Positions 19,721-29,765 are shown, counted from the first letter of the stretch. The stretch: DNA of 64,000 nucleotides from Longimicrobiales bacterium (GCA_965116905.1 OZ220732.1:1216001-1280000), one strand, 5' to 3'. The notes: generated by a model from the sequence alone, not told the origin. Made by a program: numbers and translations.

Positions 19721-19863
19721 GATAGGCGGGGGGCGGACGGGGACAGCCGGGGCGGCAGCCTGGAGGCCGGCGGAGCGGCAGCCGGGGGGCCGGGCTATAG
19801 TGGGATGGACCACGAAGTGGCCATGTGTCGCTGCCTCCGCCATTCCGCCAAGGACGTCCTCCC

Positions 19864-22395
19864 ATGCGCCCAGCGAAAACCGCCCGCTTGCCCCTGTCCG
19901 GTCACGCCGCCGCGATGGCCGGGTCGATCCTCCTCTCCCTCCAGACAGTCCTGCTCGTGCTGCCGACGCCGATTGCCGCGCAGACGCCTGCGCCGGACGG
20001 CGGTCTTCCGACGATCGCCGACTACACCCGCGGGATGGACGGTCAGCCCGGGTATTTCCCCCTGTACTGGGATGACGCCGGGGGGCGGCTCCTGCTCGAG
20101 GTGGGACGCTGGGACGAGCAGTTCCTGTACCTGACGTCGCTCGCGACCGGGGTCGGCTCCAATGCGCTGGGGCTCGACCGCGGCAACATCCAGAGCGCGT
20201 ACCTGGCGCACTTCGAGCGGGTCGGGCCGAAGGTGCTGCTCGTCCTCGACAACCCGGGCTTTCGCGCCGAGACCAATCCGACCGACGCGCTCGTGCGGTC
20301 CGTGGAGGAGTCGTTCCTGACCTCGACGGTCGGCGGCTTTGCCGTGGTCGCCGAGGAGGACGGGCGGGCGCTGGTGGACGGGACCTCGTTTTTCCTCCGC
20401 GATGTCGTCGGTGTTGCGGCCCGGCTGCAGTCGGCGAACCAGGGCAGCTATCGGCTGGATGCGAACCGCAGCGCCATCTTTCTCCCGCGGACGAAGGCGT
20501 TCCCGGAGAACACCGAGGTGGAGGCCTCGCTCACCTTCGAAAGCGAGCGGCCGGGGGGCGAGATCCAGCGGCATGCGCCGGACGGCCGCGCGATGACGCT
20601 GCGGCAGCATCATTCGCTGGTGATGCTTCCCGACGACGGATACACGCCCCGGCGCTTCGACCCCAGGATCGGGGTCTTTGCGATCGGCTACTACGACTTC
20701 GGCAAGCCCTTCGTCGACGACTACCAGACGGCGTTGGCGAGGCGTCATCGGCTGGTCAAGGCCGACCCGACGGCGGCGATGAGCGAGCCGGTCGAGCCGA
20801 TCGTCTACTACCTCGATCCCGCCGTGCCCGAGCCGTACCGCACGGCGTTCAAGATCGGCGGAGTGTGGTGGAACCAGGTTTTCGAGGCGGCCGGGTTCAT
20901 CGACGCGTTCCGTGTCGAGGACATGCCCGCGGACATGGACCCGATGGACGCCCGCTACCACGTGATCCAGTGGGTCCACCGCACCGAGGCGGGTTCGTCG
21001 ATCGGGCCGTCATTCGTCGATCCCCGCACCGGAGAGATCATCAAGGCGGCCGTGCGCATGGACTCCTACCGTTCGCTGGCCAACTACAACACCTTTGCGG
21101 GCGCGGCCGGAGTGGACGGCGACTGGTACGCCGGCGAGCCACCGGGCGTCGACGGCGAGGAGTTCGTGATGATGCGCCGCCGCCAGCACTCGGCGCACGA
21201 AATCGGGCACACGCTGGGACTCGCGCACAACTTCATCTCGATCAGCGACGGACATGCATCCGTCATGGACTACCCGGCCCCGGTAATCGAGCTTCGGGAT
21301 GGGCGGCTCGATCTGTCCGGAGCCTACCGGGACGGCCCCGGTGCGTACGACACACTCGCGATCCGCTACGCCTACGCCTCGCCGCCTGCCGGCGAGAGTG
21401 AGGAGGCCTTCCTGGGCGGCCTGCTCCTCGAGGCCCAGGAGCGCGGCTGGCGCTTCATAACGAACCCGGATGCCGGTGCCGACAATTCGCACCCGGACGC
21501 GACGTGGTGGATCAACGGGAGCGACGTGCTCGACGAGTTCGAGCGCGTGAGCGAGGTCCGGCGCTTCATGATCGATTCGTTCGACGAGCGCGCGATCGAG
21601 CCCGGGGAGCCGATGCACAAGCTCCGGGAGCGGTTCGCACCGGTCTACTTCAGCCACCGTGCCACCTACGAGGCCGCGGTCAAGACAATCGGCGGGATGG
21701 AGTACACCTACGGGGTGCGCGGCGACATTCTGCCGGTGACCGAACTGGTCTCTGCCGACCGGGTGCGCCGGGCGATGGGGCTGCTGAGCGACGCGCTGGC
21801 CCCGGAGGAACTCGCGATTCCGGAGTCGGTGTTGGCGATTCTGGCGCCGCGATCGTTCGGGTGGGTCGGGGGAGGTCCGGCGTGGTCGACGCGGGCCGGT
21901 CCTGCGTTCGATCAGATCGGGGCTGCCACGACGGTCGCGAGTGAGATTGTCGGCGGGGTACTCGCGCCCGCCCGCACTGCGCGTGTGGTCGCTTTCCACG
22001 CTCGCGACCCGTCGCTTCCGAGCCTCGAGGAGATTGTGGGGCGGTTGGTGGACGACAGTTGGGAGCGGTCCGCGAGCGGGTCGGAAGCGGCGCTGGTGCG
22101 CGTTGTCCAGAACGTGGTCGTGGACGAACTGCTGGCGCTGGCGGCCAACGAGGATGCAACCACCGAGGCGCGCGCGGCTGCAGAGTGGGGGCTACGGCGC
22201 GCTCAGGCTCGGGCGGCGACAGCAGTGTCCGAGATGGGCGGCACCGACGCACCGGATGTAGCCACACTGGTCGCGCACGCGCAGCGGGTGGTCGGCGATA
22301 TCGATCGCTTCTTCGAGCGTCCGTGGGCTCCGGGGGAGCAAACGGAGTCTCCGCGCGGACCCGGGTGGGCACGGGACCGGCCGGTCGGCCATTGA
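19864..22395 (+). CDS. Zinc-dependent metalloprotease (DUF5117/DUF4953-type metzincin)
   Basis: HEIGHTLGLAH zinc motif, Met-turn SVMDY, DPRTGEIIKA and PIVYYLD; start uncertain (19825, 19864 or 19915). Confidence 0.92.
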   Translation: MRPAKTARLPLSGHAAAMAGSILLSLQTVLLVLPTPIAAQTPAPDGGLPTIADYTRGMDGQPGYFPLYWDDAGGRLLLEVGRWDEQFLYLTSLATGVGSNALGLDRGNIQSAYLAHFERVGPKVLLVLDNPGFRAETNPTDALVRSVEESFLTSTVGGFAVVAEEDGRALVDGTSFFLRDVVGVAARLQSANQGSYRLDANRSAIFLPRTKAFPENTEVEASLTFESERPGGEIQRHAPDGRAMTLRQHHSLVMLPDDGYTPRRFDPRIGVFAIGYYDFGKPFVDDYQTALARRHRLVKADPTAAMSEPVEPIVYYLDPAVPEPYRTAFKIGGVWWNQVFEAAGFIDAFRVEDMPADMDPMDARYHVIQWVHRTEAGSSIGPSFVDPRTGEIIKAAVRMDSYRSLANYNTFAGAAGVDGDWYAGEPPGVDGEEFVMMRRRQHSAHEIGHTLGLAHNFISISDGHASVMDYPAPVIELRDGRLDLSGAYRDGPGAYDTLAIRYAYASPPAGESEEAFLGGLLLEAQERGWRFITNPDAGADNSHPDATWWINGSDVLDEFERVSEVRRFMIDSFDERAIEPGEPMHKLRERFAPVYFSHRATYEAAVKTIGGMEYTYGVRGDILPVTELVSADRVRRAMGLLSDALAPEELAIPESVLAILAPRSFGWVGGGPAWSTRAGPAFDQIGAATTVASEIVGGVLAPARTARVVAFHARDPSLPSLEEIVGRLVDDSWERSASGSEAALVRVVQNVVVDELLALAANEDATTEARAAAEWGLRRAQARAATAVSEMGGTDAPDVATLVAHAQRVVGDIDRFFERPWAPGEQTESPRGPGWARDRPVGH

Positions 22396-22407
22396 TGAAA
22401 CGCTTTG

Positions 22408-23415
22408 TCAGAACCGCAACAACATCGCCGCCCAGTGGAACCCGGCCCCGACCGCTGTCAGGAGCACCAGTTCGCCGGGCTTGATCCGCCCTTGATCCCG
22501 TGCCTCCCATAGCGCTACCGGGACGGACGCGGAGCCCGTGTTGCCGTATTCCCGGACGTTGATGAAGACGCGCTCCTCAGAGAGGCCCAGGCGCGCCGCC
22601 ACGGCGTTCAGGATGCGCAGGTTCGCCTGATGGGGTACGACGAGCGCCACGTCGTCCATGGCGACTCCAGCCTTGGCGAGCACCTGCAGCGACGCCTCGC
22701 TCATCCGGCGAACGGCCTCGCGGAAGACCTCGCGCCCATCCATCACGAGGTTCTTGTGAAGCCCCTGCCGCACGCGCTCCATGGTGACGGGCTGACGCGT
22801 GCCTCCAGTCTCCAGCCCCAGGATGTCGCTCCTGGTGCCGTCCGTGCCCGCAGTGGCAGCCAGGACTTGGACTGCGTTCGGGCCCCGCCCCACCACCGCT
22901 GCCCCGGCAGCATCGCCGAAGAGCACGCAGGTGTTGCGATCCTTCCAGTTCATGAGCCGGGTAATCAGCTCCACCCCGATTACCAGCACCCTGCGGCCAT
23001 CTGCGAGCGCCCGTGAGCGAGCGATGTCCAGTGCCAGCACGAACCCTGCACAGCCGCTGCCGGCCAGGTCATAGCACGGGATGTGGCCTACGCCAAGGCG
23101 TGCCTGCACATACGCCGCAGTATCCGGCGCGAAAACTTCGGGTGTGTCGGTCGCGAGGACGATCTCGTTGATGTCGGCTGGCTCGAAGCCGCCGTCCGCG
23201 AGGGCTGCCCGGGCCGCGGCCAGCGCCAAATCGGCCGTGCTCTCATCATCCGCTGCAATCCGGCGCGTGTGGATCCCCGTGCGTGCCACGATCCAATCGT
23301 CCGAGGTGTCGACGTACTCCGCCCATTCATCGTTGGTCATCACGCGCTCGGGCAGGTAGACGCCCAGGCCAAGGAGGCCGATGGGGTGCCGGTCGCGGGC
23401 GTCTTGCGTTTCCAT
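22408..23415 (-). CDS. fabH: 3-oxoacyl-ACP synthase III (FabH family)
   Basis: TSDDWIVARTGI, catalytic Cys in GSGCAGF, LFGDAAGA, PHQANLRI and YGNTGSAS motifs. Confidence 0.9.
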   Translation of the reverse strand: METQDARDRHPIGLLGLGVYLPERVMTNDEWAEYVDTSDDWIVARTGIHTRRIAADDESTADLALAAARAALADGGFEPADINEIVLATDTPEVFAPDTAAYVQARLGVGHIPCYDLAGSGCAGFVLALDIARSRALADGRRVLVIGVELITRLMNWKDRNTCVLFGDAAGAAVVGRGPNAVQVLAATAGTDGTRSDILGLETGGTRQPVTMERVRQGLHKNLVMDGREVFREAVRRMSEASLQVLAKAGVAMDDVALVVPHQANLRILNAVAARLGLSEERVFINVREYGNTGSASVPVALWEARDQGRIKPGELVLLTAVGAGFHWAAMLLRF

Positions 23416-23461
23416 TTCGGTCCGACCGTGGTGAGTGACCGCGTGGATGAAGTCGCCCAAC

Positions 23462-25261
23462 CTACGGAATCACACGCCTCGGCATCACCGGCAGGACCAG
23501 ACGTGACGGTCGCGCGGCGTCGTGGAAGACGGTCTGCTCGGCGACGCGCCATTCCGTGTCCGTGGCCACGGGGTTGCCGGTGTTCGGATTGGGTGCGAAG
23601 AACGGGTAGGCGCTGCTGGAGACTTCCAGCCGGATGCGGTGACCCGGCAGAAACGTGTGCCCGATGTGCCCGAGCTTGATACGGTATTCTTCCTCCTGCC
23701 CCGGGGTCAGCATTTCCTCCGCGTCGAAGCCGTTCCGGTAGCGGGCGCGAATCGCCGCGGCATCCCACCAGCCCAGCTTGAGCGCCCGTCCGTCCGGCTG
23801 GACATCGACCAGCTTGGCGGTGAAGTCGGTGTCGAGGCCGTCGGTTGCGGCATGGAGGACCGCTTCTACCGCACCGATGATTTCCACCGGAGAATCGAGC
23901 ACGTCGCTCGTGTAGACGAGGACATCGTGACGTCTTTCGATCGGCCGCTGGTCGACTCCCTGCGCAGCCCCGCCGATGTCCGACGGAACGGGGTTCTGCG
24001 GATCGTAGGCATACCGGTCCGGAGGCTCTTCGCCGGGCGGGTTCCAGGAGAGGCGACCGTCTCCGGCCAGCGAGTTCGCCGCGCCCCCGCTCGACAGGTA
24101 AAGACTTTGCGGCTCCATCTCGGCGGGGGGATACTCGTCGAACTCCCGCCATTCGTTCGAGCCCGTGACGTACACTCGCGCCCTCGGCAGGTCCGGAGTC
24201 GACCGCCTGCCCGCGAGGCAGTAGTCGAAGAAGTCCAGATGTACGGCTTGCACGTCGACAACGGACTCCGGGGTAAAGCGGAATTCACCCAGGCTGAGCT
24301 CGCCGCCGCTGATGGCTTGTCCGTGATCCCAGGGGCCAATGATGATGTGCTGCTTGTCCGAACCTGGCGAGTGGTCCCGCATCCCTTCCCAGTAGCGCAT
24401 GGTGCCCGGCTGATCGGCGTCGAACCAACCGGTGAATACGAGGATGGGCAGGTCGATCCCCGCGAAGTCCTCGTCCTTGAAGAGGATCCGGTCCCAGTAG
24501 GCGTCCCTGGTGGGGTGATTCAGAAAGTCGTTGTAGAGGGGCATGTCGCGCCCCATCGCGTCGTCCATGGTGATGAGTGGACGGTGGGCGTACACCAGCT
24601 CCCAATCGGTGGCACCCATGACGGGCCCCTGGGCCGTCCTTCCGGAGGTGCCGTTGATCCAGTCCAGCGACCACTTCATCAGCCAGGCGCCCCCGATGTA
24701 GGGAAGCTCGTCAAAGTAGTTTCCGCCCGGCGCCTGGGGGATCATGCAGACCAGATTGCGCGCGCCCTCGCGGGCAGCCAGCCACTGCACCGTAGCCAGA
24801 TAGGAGCCGCCGACCATGCCGACCCGTCCGTTCGACCAGGGCTGGCGGGCGATCCAATCGATCGTGTCGTATCCGTCCTCTCCATCGGCGAAGAAGAAGT
24901 CGAAACTCCCGTCCGAGTCCCCTCGTCCGCGTGCGTCCTGGACGATGAAGGCGTAACCGCGCTCTGCGTACTGCTTCCCGAGTTCGGGGTATCGCTCGTT
25001 GGCCTTGATGTAGGGTGTGCGTACGAGGACTGTTGGATGAGGTCCGGCGACGTCGGGCAGCCAGAGATTGGCGGACAGCTCGATGCCGTCGCGCATGGGG
25101 ACGCGCAGGTCGAGGTGCTGCTGGATCTGGGCGGTGGCGTTGGGGGGGATGACCAGCAAGACGAGTATGGCGGCGAGGCGCGCGTGCCGAGCGCAAGCAA
25201 GCGCAGGTTCCCGGAGGTCGCGGACATGGGTTCGACGAAAACGGGTGCCAGTCGGCATCAA
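23462..25261 (-). CDS. CocE/NonD family serine hydrolase
   Basis: VPMRDGIEL, RTPY, QDARGRGDSDG, GGSYLA, GPWDH and HTFLPGHRIRLEVSSS motifs. Confidence 0.93.
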   Translation of the reverse strand: MMPTGTRFRRTHVRDLREPALACARHARLAAILVLLVIPPNATAQIQQHLDLRVPMRDGIELSANLWLPDVAGPHPTVLVRTPYIKANERYPELGKQYAERGYAFIVQDARGRGDSDGSFDFFFADGEDGYDTIDWIARQPWSNGRVGMVGGSYLATVQWLAAREGARNLVCMIPQAPGGNYFDELPYIGGAWLMKWSLDWINGTSGRTAQGPVMGATDWELVYAHRPLITMDDAMGRDMPLYNDFLNHPTRDAYWDRILFKDEDFAGIDLPILVFTGWFDADQPGTMRYWEGMRDHSPGSDKQHIIIGPWDHGQAISGGELSLGEFRFTPESVVDVQAVHLDFFDYCLAGRRSTPDLPRARVYVTGSNEWREFDEYPPAEMEPQSLYLSSGGAANSLAGDGRLSWNPPGEEPPDRYAYDPQNPVPSDIGGAAQGVDQRPIERRHDVLVYTSDVLDSPVEIIGAVEAVLHAATDGLDTDFTAKLVDVQPDGRALKLGWWDAAAIRARYRNGFDAEEMLTPGQEEEYRIKLGHIGHTFLPGHRIRLEVSSSAYPFFAPNPNTGNPVATDTEWRVAEQTVFHDAARPSRLVLPVMPRRVIP

Positions 25262-25337
25262 TGCCTCCCTGTGGGTCTCTATGCGTTCTTTCGACAGCTC
25301 GCCCTACGGTCGAGCCTGTTGTCGTGTGGACTCGCCG

Positions 25338-26615
25338 CTACACCACCCGCCTCGGAAGCCGCGGGTTCATGCTCTGGATGATCCGCAGGAAGCCGAGTTC
25401 CGTACGCTCGGCCACGGTGTGCGGCAGCACGGCCGGGTGATCCGGCCCGATCAGCGTGGCCACATCGCCCACCTCGACACTCTTCTCCGGACCGACGTCG
25501 AGGATGGTGTGCGCCGAGTTGACCCCGCCCGCGACCGGGTACACGCGGCCGTTGATTAGTACCTCGCACGTACCGTTCGCCTGGGAAGGATACCCGTCGG
25601 TGCGGCCGATCGGGAGGAGCGCGACCCAGGTGGCGCGGTCGGGCATGAAGGTGCGGTTGAAGCCCGCGCTGTCGCCCGGCTCGAGGTGCTCGACCCGCAC
25701 GACCCGCGTTTTCAGGCTGAACACGGGCTTGAGATCGGCCATCTCCCTGGCCTCGTCACCGGGTGGATTCCCGAACAGGGCGTTGCCGGGCCGCACCATG
25801 TCGTAGTGGGCCTCGGGCAGGTGGAAGAGTTCGAAGGTGGGGGCGGCGTGCAGGGTGCCGAGGGGTAGCCGCTTCTCTCGCGCCCAGGCAAGGAGCTCCT
25901 CGAAGCGCGCGTGCTGTTCCCGGTCGAAGTCCAGGTCGTGTGTGAACATGGTGTAGGTGCCGTTCACGTCGACGTGCTCGCTCCGGACGAGTTCCTCGAT
26001 CCAGCGGCGGGCGCGTGTGTAGGGCATCCCCTCGCGGTTCATCCCCGTGTCGATGAAGAGTTGGACGGGAACGGGCCGGCCCAACCGCCCGGACACGCTG
26101 CGCAGCCGCTCCGGCGCGTCGTCCAGCCAGACCGACGGGAGCACGTCGTGCCTCGCCATCTCCTCGATCTCGTCCTCGGACCCCTCGGCCATGACCACGA
26201 TCGGCTTGGTGACGCCCTCCTCGCGCATCGCGAGGGCCTCTTCGACGCGCACGGCCGCGAGGCCGCCCACCTCGGACATGCCCGCGAGAAGCGGTCCGAC
26301 CGCGCGGTCACCCAGCCCGTACGCGTTGTTCTTCACGACGGCGAGGATCGGGCGACCGCCCGCCAACCGCGCGGCTTCGCGGACGTTGTGGGCCCAGGCC
26401 GCGCGGTCAAGTTCGATCCACGGGTCGAAGCGGGTGGGGTTGTAGGTGCGATCGACCGTCAGTGGGACACCTGTGCCGCTGGCGCCCGAGACGGTTCGGT
26501 CGCCCGATCCGCGTGACCGCGCGGTAGATGCGCAGGCGGATGTGGCGGTGACCCCCACGGCGGCGCCGGCCAGGTGGAGGAAACGGCGGCGAGGGAGGTC
26601 GGGCGGGCGATCCAT
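25338..26615 (-). CDS. Tat-exported alanine-racemase-fold PLP enzyme with non-canonical active site
   Basis: PRRRFLH Tat motif; PLP Lys in AVVKNNAYGLG; DTGMNR and DMVRPG motifs; catalytic-Tyr position reads Phe (SAGFNRTF). Confidence 0.85.
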   Translation of the reverse strand: MDRPPDLPRRRFLHLAGAAVGVTATSACASTARSRGSGDRTVSGASGTGVPLTVDRTYNPTRFDPWIELDRAAWAHNVREAARLAGGRPILAVVKNNAYGLGDRAVGPLLAGMSEVGGLAAVRVEEALAMREEGVTKPIVVMAEGSEDEIEEMARHDVLPSVWLDDAPERLRSVSGRLGRPVPVQLFIDTGMNREGMPYTRARRWIEELVRSEHVDVNGTYTMFTHDLDFDREQHARFEELLAWAREKRLPLGTLHAAPTFELFHLPEAHYDMVRPGNALFGNPPGDEAREMADLKPVFSLKTRVVRVEHLEPGDSAGFNRTFMPDRATWVALLPIGRTDGYPSQANGTCEVLINGRVYPVAGGVNSAHTILDVGPEKSVEVGDVATLIGPDHPAVLPHTVAERTELGFLRIIQSMNPRLPRRVV

Positions 26616-26750
26616 GGGCCCTCCTGGCTTGACGGGCGGTATGTGGAATGGAGCGAATGTACCGGTCGGTCAGGTGGCGGGCCAGAGACCGGGGCGCCGA
26701 CGTGACACCGACAAACGATAAGATTAGTTTTTGGGCGACGATCTAACCCT

Positions 26751-28001
26751 TTGACCGAGGCGACTACGTTGCGGACCAACGCCCCGATCCTGATCACGAC
26801 AGCAGTGGCCGCCGTCCTCGGGTGCGGCGACTCGGCGCCCGGTCCCGGCGACAGTGGTCGTCCCGGCACCCTGGAGGGCCCGGACGTCACGCTGGCCGCG
26901 GCGACCGAGCACGTCTACACGGTCGGTGCGTACATGGGAGAGGACTGGGAGAGCTTCGGTTCGATCGCGGATGTTGCATTCGACGGGGCGGGCAACACAC
27001 ACATTCTCGATAGGCAGGAAGACCGAATCGTAGTGCTGGATCCGGAAGGGAACTTCGTGCGCTTCGTGGGAGGCTCGGGCGAGGGACCGGGCGAATTGCA
27101 GTCGCCGTCGTCGCTCCATGTATATCGAGACGGCGGATACGTTGTAGGTAGCGTGCGCCGTATCGACGTCCTCGGCTCGGACGGGGAACAGCTGCGCCGG
27201 ATGCCGATGGGCATTGCGACCGGTAGCCCCCGCTGGGATGCCAGGGCATTGCCGGACGGAAGTCTGGTGTCAACCGTCCGCCGGTTCGATATCGAGAGGT
27301 TTCGCGAAGGCCTGGAGCAACTGGACCCCCCCGGCCGGCCCATCGAAATCTTCCCCATCGAGCACGGCGAGCCGGAAGTCCTCTACACCGCCTGGGAGCT
27401 GCCCGATCCGGAGGGCGACAGGAGGAGAGTCCGGCGCTCCTCCTCCTCCGATGGCACCTCCAGGATGTCGGCGGGCCGCGCCTTCGAGCCGCGCCTTCAC
27501 TTCGACGTGACCTCCGACGGCCGTCTGGCGGTGGTCGACTCGATCGGATACCGGGTCAAGCTGGTCGCGCGTGACGGCAGCGTGGTTGCCACGGTCGAGC
27601 GCCCGATCGCGCCCCGCGCGGTAACGGAGGTCATGAAGGAGGCCGCGCGCGAACGCTACCGTGCCCGCGAAGTGCCGAGCAGCGTTGGCATCTTCCGCAT
27701 CGAGCGGGAGAGCGTGGACGAGCTGCGGTTCGCGGACGAGATCCCCGTCATCGCCGACATGGCCGTGGACTGGGAGGATCGAATCTGGGTCGAGCGAACC
27801 GGAGCGGACGGGGTCGAACCCGGACCCATCGACATCGTGACCCCGGAAGGAGGCTACGTGGGGACGCTGCCCGCCGACGGAGTCAGGATCCCCAGCGCCT
27901 TTGGACCAGACGGACTGATGGCCTATGTCGAGCCGGACGAGGTGGGCATACCGACCGTTCGCGTGATTCGGCTGGTTTCGTTGCAACCGCTGGGCAAGTA
28001 G
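26751..28001 (+). CDS. 6-bladed beta-propeller (NHL-like) lipoprotein
   Basis: LGC lipobox; FGSIADVAFDGAGNTHILD, GGSGEGPGEL and DWEDRIWV motifs. Confidence 0.8.
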   Translation: MTEATTLRTNAPILITTAVAAVLGCGDSAPGPGDSGRPGTLEGPDVTLAAATEHVYTVGAYMGEDWESFGSIADVAFDGAGNTHILDRQEDRIVVLDPEGNFVRFVGGSGEGPGELQSPSSLHVYRDGGYVVGSVRRIDVLGSDGEQLRRMPMGIATGSPRWDARALPDGSLVSTVRRFDIERFREGLEQLDPPGRPIEIFPIEHGEPEVLYTAWELPDPEGDRRRVRRSSSSDGTSRMSAGRAFEPRLHFDVTSDGRLAVVDSIGYRVKLVARDGSVVATVERPIAPRAVTEVMKEAARERYRAREVPSSVGIFRIERESVDELRFADEIPVIADMAVDWEDRIWVERTGADGVEPGPIDIVTPEGGYVGTLPADGVRIPSAFGPDGLMAYVEPDEVGIPTVRVIRLVSLQPLGK

Positions 28002-28046
28002 GGAGCCCCCGCGGCTCTCAGCCGGCCGACCTGAACGGCGCCTGCC

Positions 28047-28628
28047 TCAAGCAGGCGGACCGTCGGGGTGTAGCTCACACTCGGGCGGCTGGAGCCTGGT
28101 CCATGACAGAGCGATGATCGTCCACGACTCGTCGTCGTTGCGGGTAAGCAGCAACGCGTCGGCGCCGCAGTGGCTCAGGTCGTCCCCCACGTAGAAGTCG
28201 TACGGTGTCCAGACCATGGCCAGATCGCCGCTGACGCGCACCTCCGGATCCCACATGCGCTCGATGAGGACTTCCTCGCTGCCTTCCAGCCGCGCGATCA
28301 GCTGATCCCGCGTCGATGTGGAGCTGGATCGCGTGCCGTCGGCCGCCCTCTCCACCGAGTGCATCAGCACATCCGGGTGCATGATCTCGCGGAGGATCTC
28401 GCCGTCGCCCGCGGCCAACGCGTCGAAGATGCCCTGCACGGCGGCCAGAATGGCCTCGCGCTCGGCGTCGGTGGGCATGTGGAGGGCCGGGCTGGCCATC
28501 GCTTCGGTCGCTCCGGCTGTGGCACCGGCCGGATCCGACGCGGCGCCAGCGGCGGCGTCGTCGCCTCCCTGCGTGCAAGACGCGAGCACGAGAACGGTCA
28601 GCAGGGAAGGCAAGGGGATGCGTTTCAT
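28047..28628 (-). CDS. NTF2-like (SnoaL/DUF4440) lipoprotein
   Basis: LASC lipobox; ERMWDPEVRVSGDLAMVWTPYDFY...HCG motif. Confidence 0.82.
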   Translation of the reverse strand: MKRIPLPSLLTVLVLASCTQGGDDAAAGAASDPAGATAGATEAMASPALHMPTDAEREAILAAVQGIFDALAAGDGEILREIMHPDVLMHSVERAADGTRSSSTSTRDQLIARLEGSEEVLIERMWDPEVRVSGDLAMVWTPYDFYVGDDLSHCGADALLLTRNDDESWTIIALSWTRLQPPECELHPDGPPA

Positions 28629-28756
28629 GATTCGAACCCTCATGTGGACGGAGTTTTCGGGTGGGACCACGAATGAATCATGTCGGGGGCCGAGGACGCC
28701 CGCAACGGGGGGATCCCGTAGGCCAGCGACACGTCGTGTAGCGACGGCTCGCGTCC

Positions 28757-28915
28757 TTGACCGGACACAATGACGATGTCACCATGTCGTTATGTCCGGT
28801 TGCAGTTTCAGCCGAAACGCGTTCCGGCGAGGACGTTAGAGAGATCAAGGAACTGGCCATCGCACACCGCGCGGAGTTGTTCGAGGAATGGGAACGGAGT
28901 CAGAGCGATGAGTGA
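28757..28915 (+). pseudogene. Remnant of a DUF4160-like small protein
   Basis: Frame reads ...VTMSLCPVAV...EDVREIKELAIAHRAELFEEWERSQSDE*, like the DUF4160 C-terminal helix; in-frame TAG at 28739-28741; overlaps the next ATG. Confidence 0.5.
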
Positions 28916-29765
28916 GGTAAGGCCGTTCAGCCGAGTTGCCTTCTGTGGGACGGTGGAGGACTGCCTGCCGGATACCCGGTTTCGTTCCTTGGCAACGCAA
29001 CTGTCCGCCACCACCCATCCCGGATCGGCGCCGGGTGTCGTCGTGGCTCTCGCAAGTGAGCTGGTGGGTCCGGAACGGGTCGAACTACCAGACTGGGTGG
29101 ATACGGACACACGCTACCTGGTCGTGCTGGACGTTCCGGAGCAGGCAGCACTGCGTCTCGCCTCGACACTGCGGCTCCACAAGCCGGATCAGCGGCTGCA
29201 AGTGTGCCGAGACCCGTCCGTTGTGAAGCGCCTCGTCATCGCACTCAACCGACCGGCCTCGTGGGAGGGCATCCTTGACGCCTACGTTCTGAAGGACACC
29301 CTGGTAGTGGTCCTGGGGGACATGAGCGCAAGGGAGTTCCCGATCAAGAGGCTCCCTCGGGTACGACGGTTTGCGTCGGCGGTCGTGGGCCGTTTCGTAA
29401 TCGATTCATCTGGTTCCTTCCTGCATTGGCCCGAGCATGACGTGCATATGGGTCCGTCTCAGATGTTCCAGGCCGTAGATCCCATGTATCTCTACGATGT
29501 CGAAATCCGCCGGTACGAAACCGCGAACTTGTCACAGGCCCTCATGGACATGAGAAACGATCGGCAACTGAAGCAGACGGAGATCCCGGGGCTGTCCGAG
29601 AGACACATCCGGCGACTGGAAAAAGAGATGATACAGCTAACGGGCGAGGCGGCAGCCAAGGTTGCGAGTGCGTTCGGGCTGACGCTGCCCGAGTTCCTCG
29701 ACGAATTGAGCGAGCGAATAACGGCTCTGCGAGCGACAGTGCATCCGCATCGGGCGTGCGACTAA
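28908..29765 (+). CDS. DUF2442 domain plus Xre HTH protein with an unrecognised N-terminal domain
   Basis: LVVVLGD...FVIDSSGSFLHWPEHDVHM (DUF2442-like) followed by LKQTEIPGLSERHIRRLEK (HTH). Confidence 0.75.
   Translation: MSEVRPFSRVAFCGTVEDCLPDTRFRSLATQLSATTHPGSAPGVVVALASELVGPERVELPDWVDTDTRYLVVLDVPEQAALRLASTLRLHKPDQRLQVCRDPSVVKRLVIALNRPASWEGILDAYVLKDTLVVVLGDMSAREFPIKRLPRVRRFASAVVGRFVIDSSGSFLHWPEHDVHMGPSQMFQAVDPMYLYDVEIRRYETANLSQALMDMRNDRQLKQTEIPGLSERHIRRLEKEMIQLTGEAAAKVASAFGLTLPEFLDELSERITALRATVHPHRACD

Noticed and set aside
17195..19843. Long antisense or alternate-frame ORFs (also 43222..47028, 10055..12163, 23522..25381)
   Set aside because: Shadow ORFs expected at high GC opposite motif-supported genes; no recognisable domains
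28739..28741. TAG in the DUF4160-like frame as pyrrolysine or readthrough
   Set aside because: The upstream frame lacks a convincing HxPPHVH motif, and there are no pyl genes in the window
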